From NCBI RefSeq assembly GCF_000143415.4, contig NW_003314311.1:292181-356180 (forward strand): DNA of 64,000 nt, in the 5' to 3' direction. The position numbers were made by a program, and so were the translations under genes. The notes beneath the pieces were generated by a model that was not told the DNA's origin, did not search any database, and saw nothing but the letters and a program-made list of their open reading frames with translations. Below are positions 49,399 through 61,504 of this stretch, piece after piece (positions within the stretch are counted from its first letter, which is position 1; every line of letters starts with the position of its first letter). Origin of the DNA: Selaginella moellendorffii (lineage: Eukaryota; Plantae; Lycopodiophyta).

Positions 49399-49779
49399 AT
49401 AGCATTTGGGACCGAAAGGAGACTAACACTAAGGGCATGATAGCGAGGGTGTTTGGCAGACACTGTAAGCTATCATGTAGCAATATTGAGGGACCAATCT
49501 CAATACGCGAGGGTTCTTGTCAAGCCAGTGCAAGACAGAGCAAAAGAGAACTAACAAGCCAGGCCAACTATGCTTGGCTGAATAGACACTTAGGAATTCC
49601 GTCCTTATGCTCATCCGGCCAAGTACAGATGCAAAGTCCAGTTTACTAACACTTGAACAAGAGGGGCTGATAAAAGGAACCAGCAATACCGACCTTCTGC
49701 CATCGTGGCAGTAAGGTAAGAGTGTCCGTAAGGACTAGCTGACAGGTAACTTTCGATACCCGAAGTCACATTTGTGACA
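49399..49779 (-). repeat. Terminal type-A LTR (partial, after gap)
   Basis: Near-identical to 15626-16006; ends GTGACA followed by TSD CAAAT. Confidence 0.88.
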
Positions 49780-52700
49780 CAAATGGAGTCAAAAAGTGAC
49801 CAACGACTGTCATGGTCTGGAAGGATTTTGCCTCGTATCAGCAGAGGTAATTACCTCCTATATATTGCCTTTTATCATTTCTCTCTCTAATATTGCTTGC
49901 CACTTATAGCTTGATAGCTATGGTTTCTAGAGTGGATACATTAAATGTTTGAGGTGTTGCATCAAGACACTAGGCTGTGTAGAGGCACTGAGCAATAAGT
50001 AGCAATAAGTAGAGCATAAAGCTAATGAGAGATTGAGAGATTTCAACAACCTACACCAAGAATTAGGGTCAAGATTCAAAAATATTTCATAGCAATTCTT
50101 TATAGAAATTTTCAACAATTGAGAAGGATGATTCAAGGATGGTGGTAACAAAAGTGGGAGTTTAGCTATTGGATTATCATACAAAATACTCACTAAAATC
50201 TAAGCTAACTAAAGTCAACTTTTTCTTCACTAGTTTATAATGGTTTTCAGGCAAAATGATTAATAGATTAATAATTCACAACGAAGACCAGATGCTAATG
50301 GCAAAATTAAAACTATAGTAATGAACAAGAGTGTGTGCAAGCAAGGGCAACACTAAGAATTAAGTCTTGGGTAGTTCATTAATGATTTTTTGCTTAGATT
50401 TTTTTTAAAAGAGTTTCCATCTCAGATAAAAAATGACTCTAAATCTAGGAATGCAAATTTTCAAGACTCAACTAACTTCTTCTTACATACAAATGCACAT
50501 AATGAAAAAATCATTAATGAACTACCCAAGACTTAATTCTTAGTGTTGCCCTTGCTTGCACACACTCTTGTTCATTACTATAGTTTTAATTTTGCCATTA
50601 GCATTTGGTCTTCGTTGTGAATTATTAATCTATTAATCATTTTGCCTGAAAACCATTATAAACTAGTGAAGAAAAAGTTGACTTTAGTTAGCTTAGATTT
50701 TAGTGAGTATTTTGTATGATGCAACCTAAAAAGGGTGCTAACTTTTGGGGCTAAAATAATTAAATAGAGGCTAGAGTTAGAGTAAAAAAGTGGTCATTAT
50801 GCTTTTTTAGAAAGATGACTCTTATACCTTTTTTCTATAGCATTATGCATAGTGGTAAATTACACTTTGTATTTAGTTAGACTGTACGACAATTAAATTT
50901 TTTTATTTATAGTGATTTAGATGGTTGGTTATTAGTTCAATTCATTATAGATTCACATTTTATTTAGCTAGTTTTGATGAAGATGTTATTGATAGTTTGG
51001 CCATATATTTGTGTTATTGGCATTTGTGTGCTATAGCTAATTAACAATTGTATTGGCATTCAAATAAATTGAGTGGCAGGTTGAATTAGAAATTTTTTTA
51101 GTAAGGGTTGTGGTTTAGCTTTTCTTTGAAAAGTGATTTAATTATGGACTTGCAAAAGAAAGATATAATGATCAATTAGAATTCTAATTCTTTATTGGGT
51201 TTGAGTTAGGATTTGGGGGGGGGGGTTGGTTTGGTTATTGTAAGGGGTTTCAAATGTATAGTAGGGGATAGTTAATAAATTATATAGCTCACCAACTTGA
51301 GACAAACTTTGGCTCCCTACTATGTATGTTTGTCTTGTTCTATGATTACATGGATCATTGATGAATTTTATTATAAACTGAGTTATGTTTGTTATAAAAG
51401 ATGGATTTATAAAGGATCGGTTTAGAGATCACTTATTAAGTATAATTTTGTCATGCTTAACTTTTGGATTGATGCTAATACTTTATTAGCTTTTGCATTA
51501 TGAAATTTAGCTTATGGATGTATCAAGAAGAATATTATAGGTTGCATTATGAATTCTTTTTTAGCATTGAAATTAGTTGATGAAAGACTCATGATTATTA
51601 TTATATGAGACTTAGCTATAAATTTTTTTAAGCTCTTGGTCCTTGAGTTCTTATACTCATTATTTCATTTGCTAAAAGTTGTTGGGGAAAGTATTTTGGC
51701 TCATTAGTTTTGATGTTTAAATTGGGGTTTACATCTAACAATCATTGTGATATTAATTATTATCTGAGGTCTTGCTTAATTATTATTGATGTTGGATGAT
51801 TTGCTATTATTTTAGATGATGGATTGTTATTCAATAATGATTGTGCATCTCTATTGATGGAATGATAGATAATTTTAGTGATAGTTAATTGTTATCTTGA
51901 TAGCTTCTAGCTTTCTGTATTGCCATATGTTTTTCGTGGTTTAATTTAGATTGGTCTTTTGAGTTTGAAAAATCAATAGAATGTTGCTAACACTTGCTTA
52001 TGTAACTCAAGGTTTTTTTATATTATTGACCGAGATTTATTCAAACTGGCTAGTATAATAATTAGCATATATAGGTGTTTTCTGACCCTTGCAATATTCA
52101 TTATGTTATAATGATTATTACTACTGTTGGTTCTAATAGATTAGGATGTTTTCCATTAATGATACTTGTGTCCTTTTTGTACTTAGCATACTATCTACAA
52201 TATTTAGTCATTAAGTATTTTCTTTAAGTTTTATTAATTATATACTTGCTATTGAATTTTCTTAAATGATATATTCTATATCTTTAAACTATGATCTTGG
52301 TGGTTTCTACGACAATTGCATTTAGATACATAAAATGTATAACATATACAAAGCTTGAGGTGTGTATTTGCACCTTATATTGCTAAAGACTTATACTATA
52401 CTGGTTTTATTGGATGATAACTTAATTGAAATACTTAGTTCAATTATTAGTAAACTAGACTTAACATCGGTCATTAAATGTAAGAAGGGATAGTGGGTAG
52501 GTCAAGTATAGCTGACAAAACTAAGACATAGTTTAGTTCCTTGTTGGGCATGTCTATCCTTAGTCTACACTTGGTTTGGGTCTAAGCTTATACTAATTTG
52601 TGGAATACCTATATTGTTGTGTTAGGCTATTGGTATGCTGAAGACTCCATCATTTGGCTCTATTTTGTATATTAGTCTTAACATTGGGTTGTTATATACT

Positions 52701-54761
52701 CTAAGACTATTCTTATATCCCTCTGTGCTTTTATCCTTTTGCTTTTTGGTTATATGCTTGAGAGTTTGGTTCTATCCTTTCATTCAGTGGCTTAAAAGCC
52801 TTGAAACTTGAGTTCCACTCCACTACTCTTTACCCATGTATCCAAGAGTTAAGATTTCATTCTGTGGTTATCCTATAATAAATCATTATAGGGTAAAAAC
52901 TGTGCACTACACCATCTATCTCCTTGCCCATGCACCCCGTTTGCCTGTAGCCAAACTAATCTGGTTCAACGGCAAACCAGACTTGCCCAATTCCTTGCAG
53001 ACATGTATGCCCACCATTCCTCACTTCAACCACCTCACCCATGTAGCTCCTCACTTCATCCATCTCACCCACCCACATGTCTTGTCCACTTGCCCATCTT
53101 GCCTCACCCACCTAATTGGCAATTTCTATAAGTGTCTCCAACCTAATATAGCAAGTATTGATTTCTTCAATTTTGGGATAATCTCCTTTATCGATATGCT
53201 CAGGTGTATATACTTGATGGTGAGATGTACTTGTGTATTATTCAAGTGTGCCATGGCACTCTAGCAATAGAACACTTTGGTGTCTACAAGACATTATAAT
53301 TTATGCCCCATATACATAAGTATGTTAAACACTTTATCCATATTTACAATATGTATTAATGGACCAAGATGCTTTAATATACTTTGTTTGGTCTTTTCCA
53401 ACCCTTTTATTTTACTCCAGGGCCTTACAATTCCTTTTGTTATGGTCGATTAAAAATTTTATATCAGAGAGTTTAACACAAATCCATATTTTTTTTCTCA
53501 AAATCCAAGTACAATTGTTAATCTTCCTGAAGGAAAAATGAGAGAAAGCTAAAATTGTAGAGCTACTCACATATCTAGAGCACATTTTTCAACTCAAGTG
53601 ACAATGAACTCTTGATGAACTAGATTCATGTGACAATCCTTCTTCAAATTTACTTATAGATGGTAAATATAGTCATTATTAGTGATAAGTAAGAATACTA
53701 ATAATTACTAGAAAACTAGAGTTAAAATTGTGGTCACACATCATCGTGTTACTAGCACCACAATTAAAAGAATTAGTGGAATGCTCTGATTCTTCAGACA
53801 AGGAAAGATTGGGAAACAATTAAGAGCCTCAATGGACTCATATACAAAAGATTTGCTAAATTTCCTATATTTTATTGCATATATAATCCCAATTACCCAA
53901 TAATTTATATTTCTATTTATAAATGAGAAAAATCAGTTAAATAACATATCACTAGTTAGATTTTAGATCCTTTTTAAGATCTACAACTTTGCTTTTACTA
54001 AATTATTTTATACAATGAACAATAGATTGTATATAAGATTTTATTTAATGACCAATTTTTGTTTCTAGAGGGTATAAGGACTATACCAAGATTATTCAGG
54101 CATATTTTAGGATATTCTTTAATCTAAAAATTGTGATTTTAACTCTAGTTTTCTAGTAATTATTAATATTCTTACTTATCACTAATAATAACTATATTTA
54201 CCATCCATAAGTAAATTTGAAGAATGATTGTCACATGAATCTAGCTCATCAAGAGTTCATTGTCATTTGTGCTGAAAAATGTGCTCTAGATATGTGAGTA
54301 GCTCTACAATTTTAGCTTTCTCTCACTTTTCCTTCAACCAATTTGATAGGAAGATTTACAATTGTACTTGGATTTTGAGAAGAAAATATGGATTTATGTT
54401 AAACTCTCTGATATAAAATTGTCAATCGACCATAACAAAAGGAATTGCAAGGCCCTGGAGTAAAATAAAAGTGTTGGAAAAGACCAAACAAAGTATATTA
54501 AGGCATCTTAGTCCATTAATACATATTGTCAATATGGATAAAGTGTTTAACATACTTATGTATATGGGGCAAAAAATTATAATGTCTTGTAAACACCAAA
54601 GTGTTCTATTGCTAGAGTGCCATGACACACTTGGATAATACACAAGCACATTTCACCATCAAATATATACACTTAAGCATATTGATAAATGAGATTATCC
54701 TAAAATTGAAGAAATTAATACTTAGTATATTAGATTGGAGATGCACTTAAAGAAATTGCCA
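49780..54761 (+). repeat. Segmental duplication copy B, right part (includes decayed LTR element to 52911 and truncated IR1 copy)
   Basis: Near-identical to 1170-5883 (ORFs 4562/53359 and 5544/54422 are identical). Confidence 0.92.
50176..50720. repeat. Near-perfect inverted repeat, ~215-bp arms (50176-50391 / 50505-50720)
   Basis: ATCATACAAAATACTCACTAAAATCTAAGC... pairs with ...GCTTAGATTTTAGTGAGTATTTTGTATGAT. Confidence 0.85.
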
Positions 54762-55712
54762 ACTACAATCGCCAGCGGCGAAGTCGTGACAGAGCTAGAG
54801 CTCGTCTTCCTCAGGCTGTCCACGATCGATCTGTGCCAGGCCAGGTGCGTGTGCCGCGAATGGCGACGAGCAATTGACGATCCCAGCTTCCGCAAAGGCT
54901 ACGCTCTCTCCCACCGCTGCATCCCTCACCTCTTCCTTCGTCTCTCTGGATCCCTCCTCGTCAAGCCGCTCGACAGCTCCCCTCGCAGTGAGTGGCGCCA
55001 CTTCCAGACGCTCCCCGACGACATGACCATCGCCAGCAGCGACGCGGGCTTGCTGTGCCTGGCCACGTTTTGGGACTGGTTGGCGCTACCCTCCATCTTC
55101 GTGTGGCGCTACAGCGATCTCAACTCCTCCCCGGTGAGAGTTCCGTTGCCGCCAGATACCGGAGACATGCGCTTGACGGTGTACCGCCGCGAGAGGGATC
55201 GATCGACGCGAGAGTTTTGCGTCGCTAGCTTGGGGCCATGGGGCGCCTTCTACATCTACGACTCGGCCTCGGGCGAGTGGTCCTTGCGCGAGAACAAACA
55301 CTACTCAGACATAGGGAATGAATTCTATCCGATGTTGGATCACGGGGAGGTGGTGATGCTTGGCACGGATGCCTTAGTGAGATACAACTTGTGGGATGAT
55401 TCCTGGCGCATTTTCAAGCTTGATTCCGACGAGTTGATGTTCGAACGGAGCTGGTCCCTTCTTCAGCATCGGGATCGGCTGTTCGTGGTTAGTAATGAGC
55501 TGCAGGCAGAAGATCCCGAGGGGCTGGTTGTCGTAGAGAGGCGGGGAGAGAAGTGGGAGATTGTTTCGAGCCGTGATGAGGAGTTTGATGATTTGGAGGT
55601 GTGCACTGTTTGCACTGATGGGAGCAACAGTATATGGCGTATAACTCACGGATTGTGCACTTTGGAGTCGATTCCAAGAGCTGGTCAGTGGAGGAGGCAC
55701 CAGAGGGTATAG
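54741..55712 (+). CDS. F-box protein, intronless; start codon region supplied by the adjacent repeat
   Basis: ELVFLRLSTIDLCQARCVCREWRRAIDDPSF is an F-box; IASSDAGLLCL is a typical F-box-associated motif. First ATG at 54741 lies inside duplicated repeat sequence. Confidence 0.75.
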   Translation: MHLKKLPTTIASGEVVTELELVFLRLSTIDLCQARCVCREWRRAIDDPSFRKGYALSHRCIPHLFLRLSGSLLVKPLDSSPRSEWRHFQTLPDDMTIASSDAGLLCLATFWDWLALPSIFVWRYSDLNSSPVRVPLPPDTGDMRLTVYRRERDRSTREFCVASLGPWGAFYIYDSASGEWSLRENKHYSDIGNEFYPMLDHGEVVMLGTDALVRYNLWDDSWRIFKLDSDELMFERSWSLLQHRDRLFVVSNELQAEDPEGLVVVERRGEKWEIVSSRDEEFDDLEVCTVCTDGSNSIWRITHGLCTLESIPRAGQWRRHQRV

Positions 55713-56063
55713 GTCGAAGATTCGTGAACTTTGCTTGGTTCTCTTGTTAGTGCTGAAAATCAGGAGTTCTTTCTCGAAGAAGATCCAGGGCACTGCTGTG
55801 AGCTAATGCTGTGATGATCGGCATCGTTGTTAGAATGGTGGTGAAGGTGGTAAATCGCTACTTTGCGAAAAGCAAGATTGAGCATGTTTGTGACACGGAA
55901 GAAAAGTGTGCAAAAGCTCTTGCAGTGCCCCGAGCCAAATCGTTGTGGCATCCGCGAAGAAAGAGCGGTGCCTCAATGTTAAGATGGAAGAACCCTAAAA
56001 TCAAAAGAATCATGAAATTTATCTGATATTAAGATAACATCGCTTTATCATGAGAAACTTCAC

Positions 56064-56540
56064 TCACTTGCTGCTACAACACTGGAGGAATCCATTGTTG
56101 TTCTGCACACACTTGTTAATCAGTACTGAGGTATAACGATACTGGCCATTGCCATAGCACTGCGCATTGATGGAAGCAGCACTTGGAGCTGGAGGATGGT
56201 ACCACGGGGTGATCACTACATTCTGGCATGAGGCACTAAAGTTTCTGCCACAGTTGAGGGTTCCTCCATTGTTGCTGAAGCAATCATTAAGATTGATGCT
56301 GCTCCTTTGGAGCTGGCCATTGGGCTTGTAACAATTGGCAGTCAGTGTTGTGCCGCTTATAACCTCCGTTCTTGTCACAGCTATCCTCAAAGTTGCATGC
56401 CTGCATCAAAACCAGATTGAGTCTGATTAGGTATAGTTCTAGTGTGGGCATTTAAAAAAAAACTAATAGCTTACAGCGTTGCTTGTCCCTGCAAGCGCTA
56501 CAAGAGCAAAGACTAAGCAGATTATAAACTGCGAAGACAT
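56064..56540 (-). CDS. Secreted cyanovirin-N homolog (CVNH) lectin, 2 exons (56540-56475, 56400-56064), apparent +1 frameshift near 56370
   Basis: Signal peptide MSSQFIICLVFALVALAGTSNA; CNFEDSC; LTANC..PNG...SSINLNDCFSNNGGTL...NFSASC...INKCVQNNNGFLQ, a two-repeat CVNH pattern. Confidence 0.8.
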
Positions 56541-57639
56541 GATAGAATGCGAGTTGTAGAGATTGTGGGTTGTGATCCCACTGTTGGACTTTTATACTAG
56601 CAAATGAGAAATTCCAACACGGAAGTGCAAGTAGCTCAACCAAGCTCTTTAGATTTTCCTTAAGGAAAGTGGGTCACGTCTATAATTTTTCACCAATCTT
56701 CAAAATAATATCTAATTAATAAATCCTGATACCTAAACGAGAAACGTTTATGAACTGGAAAGTATTGTAGAGAAATAACTCGTCCTCATTACCTAGACAA
56801 TTTGCTACAAACAACTGTCCATTATATGCTCCATCCCTGTACTCTAGATTCACTGGTTGAACCTAGCAATCCCCAATCAAGTTTATGGTGCCTTCACTAG
56901 GTTTATGGTAAAAAAAAAATTCAATAAGAATGTTCAGTATTAAAATATGAGATTATAATTTGAGCTAATCTAATCAAAGTTAAGTAAAGCATTAAACTCA
57001 CAGCTTGTGAATGGATTCCAAAATCAATTCCGGACTTTGATGGAGAGGTTGCTGCGGATGAGGCCTGGTGGGGTAAGAGTTCTAAGCTCATCCAGGTCCA
57101 TAGATAATTAGCGCATGTTGTTTATGATAAAGGTTTGGATGATACTCAAGCAGAAGGTTACCAAGAGCTCCATCACTCCTTTACACTTCTCGCCCATCCC
57201 ACCTGAAGAAAACAAAGATCTCTGTGAGCTCAAGGAAAGACTGGAGCTCCCAGCCTGTGAGCTCGAGAAAGACTGGAGTTTCTTAGTGACTTCCAATCCA
57301 AGAAAAACCAGGGATGCCACCGATGTTGTCATGTTTAAGTCATTATCCACTTAATACAACCGCAAACTTGGCCCACTCTTCGTCACTAAGCGGAAGAACT
57401 AGAGGTGCTGGCGGAGAAGAAAGAATCTCGACTCCAGCGTTCCATACCAATCGAGATCCATCCGCATGTCCAGAACAAAGGTTGGGAGCTCGGTCGTCGC
57501 GTGGAATTGCTCGAGATGCTCCGTTTTGCCGGAATTTTTAGGGCCCAAGATCGCTTGCCATAAATTAGGGTTCTTGAGGTTTAAGCGGTTTTTGTAGTTG
57601 AGGTTTTTGTATTGTTTCGATACTTATGTTTGATGTTCA

Positions 57640-58710
57640 GGGCTCAAATTCTGAAGACAAGGAAGACAAGGATGATCGATTGGCTGGTGGAAATTGAAAG
57701 TGAGGTTTGTATCCTTTTGTTTTGTCATCCAATAGCTGGCTTATCTGTGATGTTATCAGTCCGCGGACGCTCAAGAACATTTGGAAGACGAAAGTGTAAA
57801 GAAAGTGGAGGAGGAAGTCAGGCTGGAGTTGTCTGAAACACTCTCTGGACAAGAAGTAAGAAATTTGCATGCAAGGAAAAAAGCTCATGGACACCATTTT
57901 GTTGGTAGCTGGATATGGCAGTGTCTTGTGAAATGGCGGACTACGTTTCCATATGGGAAAAAACGCTTTTGGAGCTTGAAGAGGAGAGTGCAAAGATTCA
58001 GGTTGATTAGAGAGCTATTTGTGCTATTGTGATACTGAACCGTCTTCTTCAGGACCGCCTGCTGCTGAAGGGTGTATGACGGACACTTGGAGAAACCGGG
58101 CTCACTGGGCTGGTACTCAGGCACCTGAAGACTTTGCGGAAGTGCTTCATTCTGCCGAGAAAGATTTGGATGCTCTGCGGCCGGTTATAAGGTTCGTTTT
58201 TACGCATATGGAGCTGATCTAACCTGTGAGATATTAGGCGCCAAGGCAAACTTGTAGAGGAAGGTGCAAGCGGTTTTCTGGAAAGAAAAGTGAACGACGT
58301 CGATACTGTAAAGGGCTCCACTGGATGGGAAGCTTTTGATAGTGCATTCCAGCCAAAACTGAGCGCAGTTAGCTTGTTCGAGTCAAAAAAATGGGCTGCG
58401 GTTTACTCCGCCTCGACCTCGGAGCAAGCAGCGCGATTGGGCTTAAAGTTCCCAGGCGTTGACAAGGTATAATGTCTTGAAACGTCAGAAACTAACCTTC
58501 TCATGTCAGGTTGACGATATTGCGGACAAAGATCAACATGTTGGGATGGAGGCGGCCGCTTTGGCCGAAGAGAGTGAGGTCGGTCTTACGGAGAGCATAG
58601 ATGTAGTTATTTTTAAAGTAATGGCAAGACTATTGGTAAATTCTTTTGAAAGGAGAGATGCCACTATAAACCATAATTGTTTTTTGTATTGTCTGTATTG
58701 TCAATCCTAA
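57640..58710 (+). CDS. Probable spliced gene of unknown function (exons approximately 57640-57704, 57760-58001, 58053-58191, 58238-58467, 58511-58710)
   Basis: Coding-like segments separated by ~50-bp GT-AG introns; no family recognised. Confidence 0.4.
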
Positions 58711-59302
58711 TATCAGAGAGGATGAGAACATCATCTTCTTCAACACTTGGGCTTGTCTCTAGCTTTATTGTGTCTTGTCCTTGACAATGGATATTGCCAC
58801 TTTTATCTGTGCTTGTACCATTTCAAATACACTACTTGAAATCTCTATGTACAGTAGTGAAGAAAAAGTGGCTAAACAATCTGCAAGTGAGATAGATCAA
58901 AGAAATAAAATAAAATGAGCCATACTTACTGCATTAACATAACTTGCTTATTGTTTGATTCAACTATTTCCATTTCTGGTTTTGGCAGGATACATAAACC
59001 GTCACTACAATGGTTACATTGTCATCTGGTGCAACATTAGTGGTTGATCAACAAGTGGAGGTATGATTCACTGATCAACCTTTAAAAGATTTTAGTTTTC
59101 TTTGATAACCTTTTCCACTGAAGAGCTGATGAAGCATATGAGGGATATACATAACAGATGCAGATGTGGAAATGAAGAGCAAACTAGATTAATCAGAGGC
59201 CATTGTTTTTTTCTCGCTAATGCATGAGGGAATCTTGCTGTGACTCATCCAAATCCAGTGTAATGCCTTAGCCATTTTAGGTAAAGTCTTAAGGGACGGT
59301 TG

Positions 59303-60063
59303 ATGGCAAAGGGCGAAAGACGAAGGGCGCGGCGGAGATGGGAGCGGTTTGGAAGATTACCTCTGGCGGCGGATGAGAAGGGTAAGATATACGCCAAAAT
59401 CCATGACATGCCACTCAGCCGGCTGCGGTCGCTCATTCCCTCCTTTCTGGATGATGCCGCGGTGGCTGCTTCACTGAGAGAGGAGTTTCTGAAAAAAAGG
59501 AAAGCTGTTCCGAGTAAGTGTCTTCTTCATGCCTCCTCTACGTGACATATTTTTTATGATGCTCGAATCAGTGATGAAATTCAACCCGGACGCTCAAAGT
59601 TCAATGCGACAACGAGTTGAAGAGCTGAAAACGTTTGTGGTTTGATCTTATGTCCGAGCTTACAGATTTGGTCCAATGCACACAGGACGAACTATGTGTC
59701 GATAAGCCTTGGAAAGGGCAAGTTTGTTGATTGGATCCATGGGTCAGACAGTGACCCAAAGAACTGTGACCTCCCAAAAGAGCGTTGGGAATCAGCGGTA
59801 GCACTCAAGGAGGCTCTCCACAGGGCTGGCTATCGGTGAGTTCCTCTCTTTTTGTTTTTTTTTTTTTTGTCTTTTTTCTTTTTTGTTTTTGGGTGTTGGA
59901 TTTTTATGGCTAAATGACACTTGCATGCAGCCGTGGAGCGCCTTTGAGGGGCCCCAAGTACGACATAACTATATATGACTTCGACCGTCGTTGCTACGTG
60001 GATGCGGAAGGTAAACCTCTGGAGGGCGGAGTCGAACCTTTGGAGAACGTATATGAGGGTTGA
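59303..60063 (+). CDS. Probable 3-exon gene of unknown function, possibly disrupted
   Basis: MAKGERRRARRRW... with donor GTAAGT at ~59513; second exon ending ...HRAGYR then GTGAGT; third exon ending ...ENVYEG*. Confidence 0.35.
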
Positions 60064-60442
60064 GGATATGTCTAGTGTAGATAAAGAAGTCAATTCCCAT
60101 GAAAAAATATGTCAATCATAGTAGAGTGCTTAAGATTATGGAGGATCGCAAATCATTAATGAGACGTCTAATTTGCATTTATAGGAGTTCAGCAGACATC
60201 CACATCAGCTGCTCTCTTTGGCGGGCATGATCTTGGATCCATTGCACTTGTAGAGTTGGCAGACGTCCTCTACAATCCATCTGTTTGCGGAAGTAGGTCT
60301 TGGTGTATTGAGCTTGTAAGAATATCGTTCCACCCTCCTGGAGGATGTGCATCAGAAAGTCTGTTCAGAAAGTCTGTTCAGAAAGTCTGTTCGGAATACC
60401 ATGTGTGTGAGCGTTTGAAGTTATGTTTGAAGCTGGATTTGC

Positions 60443-61457
60443 TTATACACCTGGTCTTATACTCTTGATTTCAGCTATCAATATCGACGATGATATTGCA
60501 CATTGTTTCAAGGGAGGTAAAATATCACACACGTCCACAAGCTTTGTGCAGCAAAGCTTCCATTTTCCCATCAAAAACTCGATCGACCTGTGGCCACTGC
60601 AGAAAAATAAAGAAAGATAAAAACACATTTCTTCTCTTCAAAATTTTGGAACATACCTTCTACACTCGTAGCTTGTTATGAATGTCGCGTCGGGATTATT
60701 AGCTAGGAAATAACTCACGGTTGCGAACAAATCGTCGAAATCTGTGAAAGGTGAGCCGCTAAGGAGAGGAAATCACACATTTGTCTTCTTACCTTTGGAA
60801 TCGTATAGAACATCAGCTCCAAGAACAAAACGAGGATGTTTCATGGCGAGTAAATTCTCGTCCCATTCTCCCCAAGTAAGCCCCTGAATCTAAACTAAAA
60901 TGGAAATCGAAATCAAAATCAAAGCAAACAAAACCATGGAGAAAGTACCTCGCACTCCACATTGTTTAGATCACAAGTCTTACGCATGTTTTCAAAGACC
61001 TTTCACAAGAGAAAAAAAAAAAAAAAAGATTTTGAGTCCTCCAAGTTTCTGATCCTTACCTCTGGATAGAGCTTGTAATCTGTCAAGATCACTCTGGCAC
61101 CGACCTTTGCTGCAACAATTCCTGGCAATCCAGTGCCTGCTCCAAGCTGTTTGGCGCGATTTAAAACCAAGAAAACGTAGTTTGAGAACAAAGAAGAAAA
61201 GAAGAAGAAACTCGCAAACCTCGATCACAGTAGCCCCAGCAAAGCGATGCCTTTGCTGCCAAACATACTCTCCCAAGCAAATCCCACACGGCCAAACATA
61301 GAGCCCATAATCTTCTTTCATCACCTACATTCCTCGAGAACAAATCAATCCAAAATTCCAATCTCCAGCTAAGATCACGATCTCTTACTTCGCTAATCGA
61401 CACCGCCAGAGAATCGCCGCCCTCGCCATCAAACCGGTGCTCGGAGACCGTGCGCAT
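60443..61457 (-). CDS. METTL23: METTL23-like (Methyltransf_16 family) protein methyltransferase, 7 exons
   Basis: EDYGLYVWPC, VIE|LGAGTGLPGIVAAKVGARVILTD, GLTWGEWD, LGADVLYD, FDDLFATV, RSGHRSIEFLMGKW. Confidence 0.85.
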
Positions 61458-61504
61458 ACCCTGGAAGCAAGAACCCTAATTCTCACTACGCGGGAAATAT
61501 AGTT

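Larger units (their letters stand above)
14858..49779 (-). mobile_element. Composite tandem LTR-retrotransposon array (two non-autonomous units plus one chromovirus with shared LTRs), flanked by 5-bp TSD CAAAT
   Basis: Starts TGTAGC at 14858 and ends GTGACA at 49779. CAAAT lies at 14853-14857 and 49780-49784. The uninterrupted site TTTGCAAATGGAGTC is at 1166-1180. Confidence 0.88.

Noticed and set aside
48775-49483. ORFs of 190-220 aa
   Set aside because: Artefacts of the N gap.
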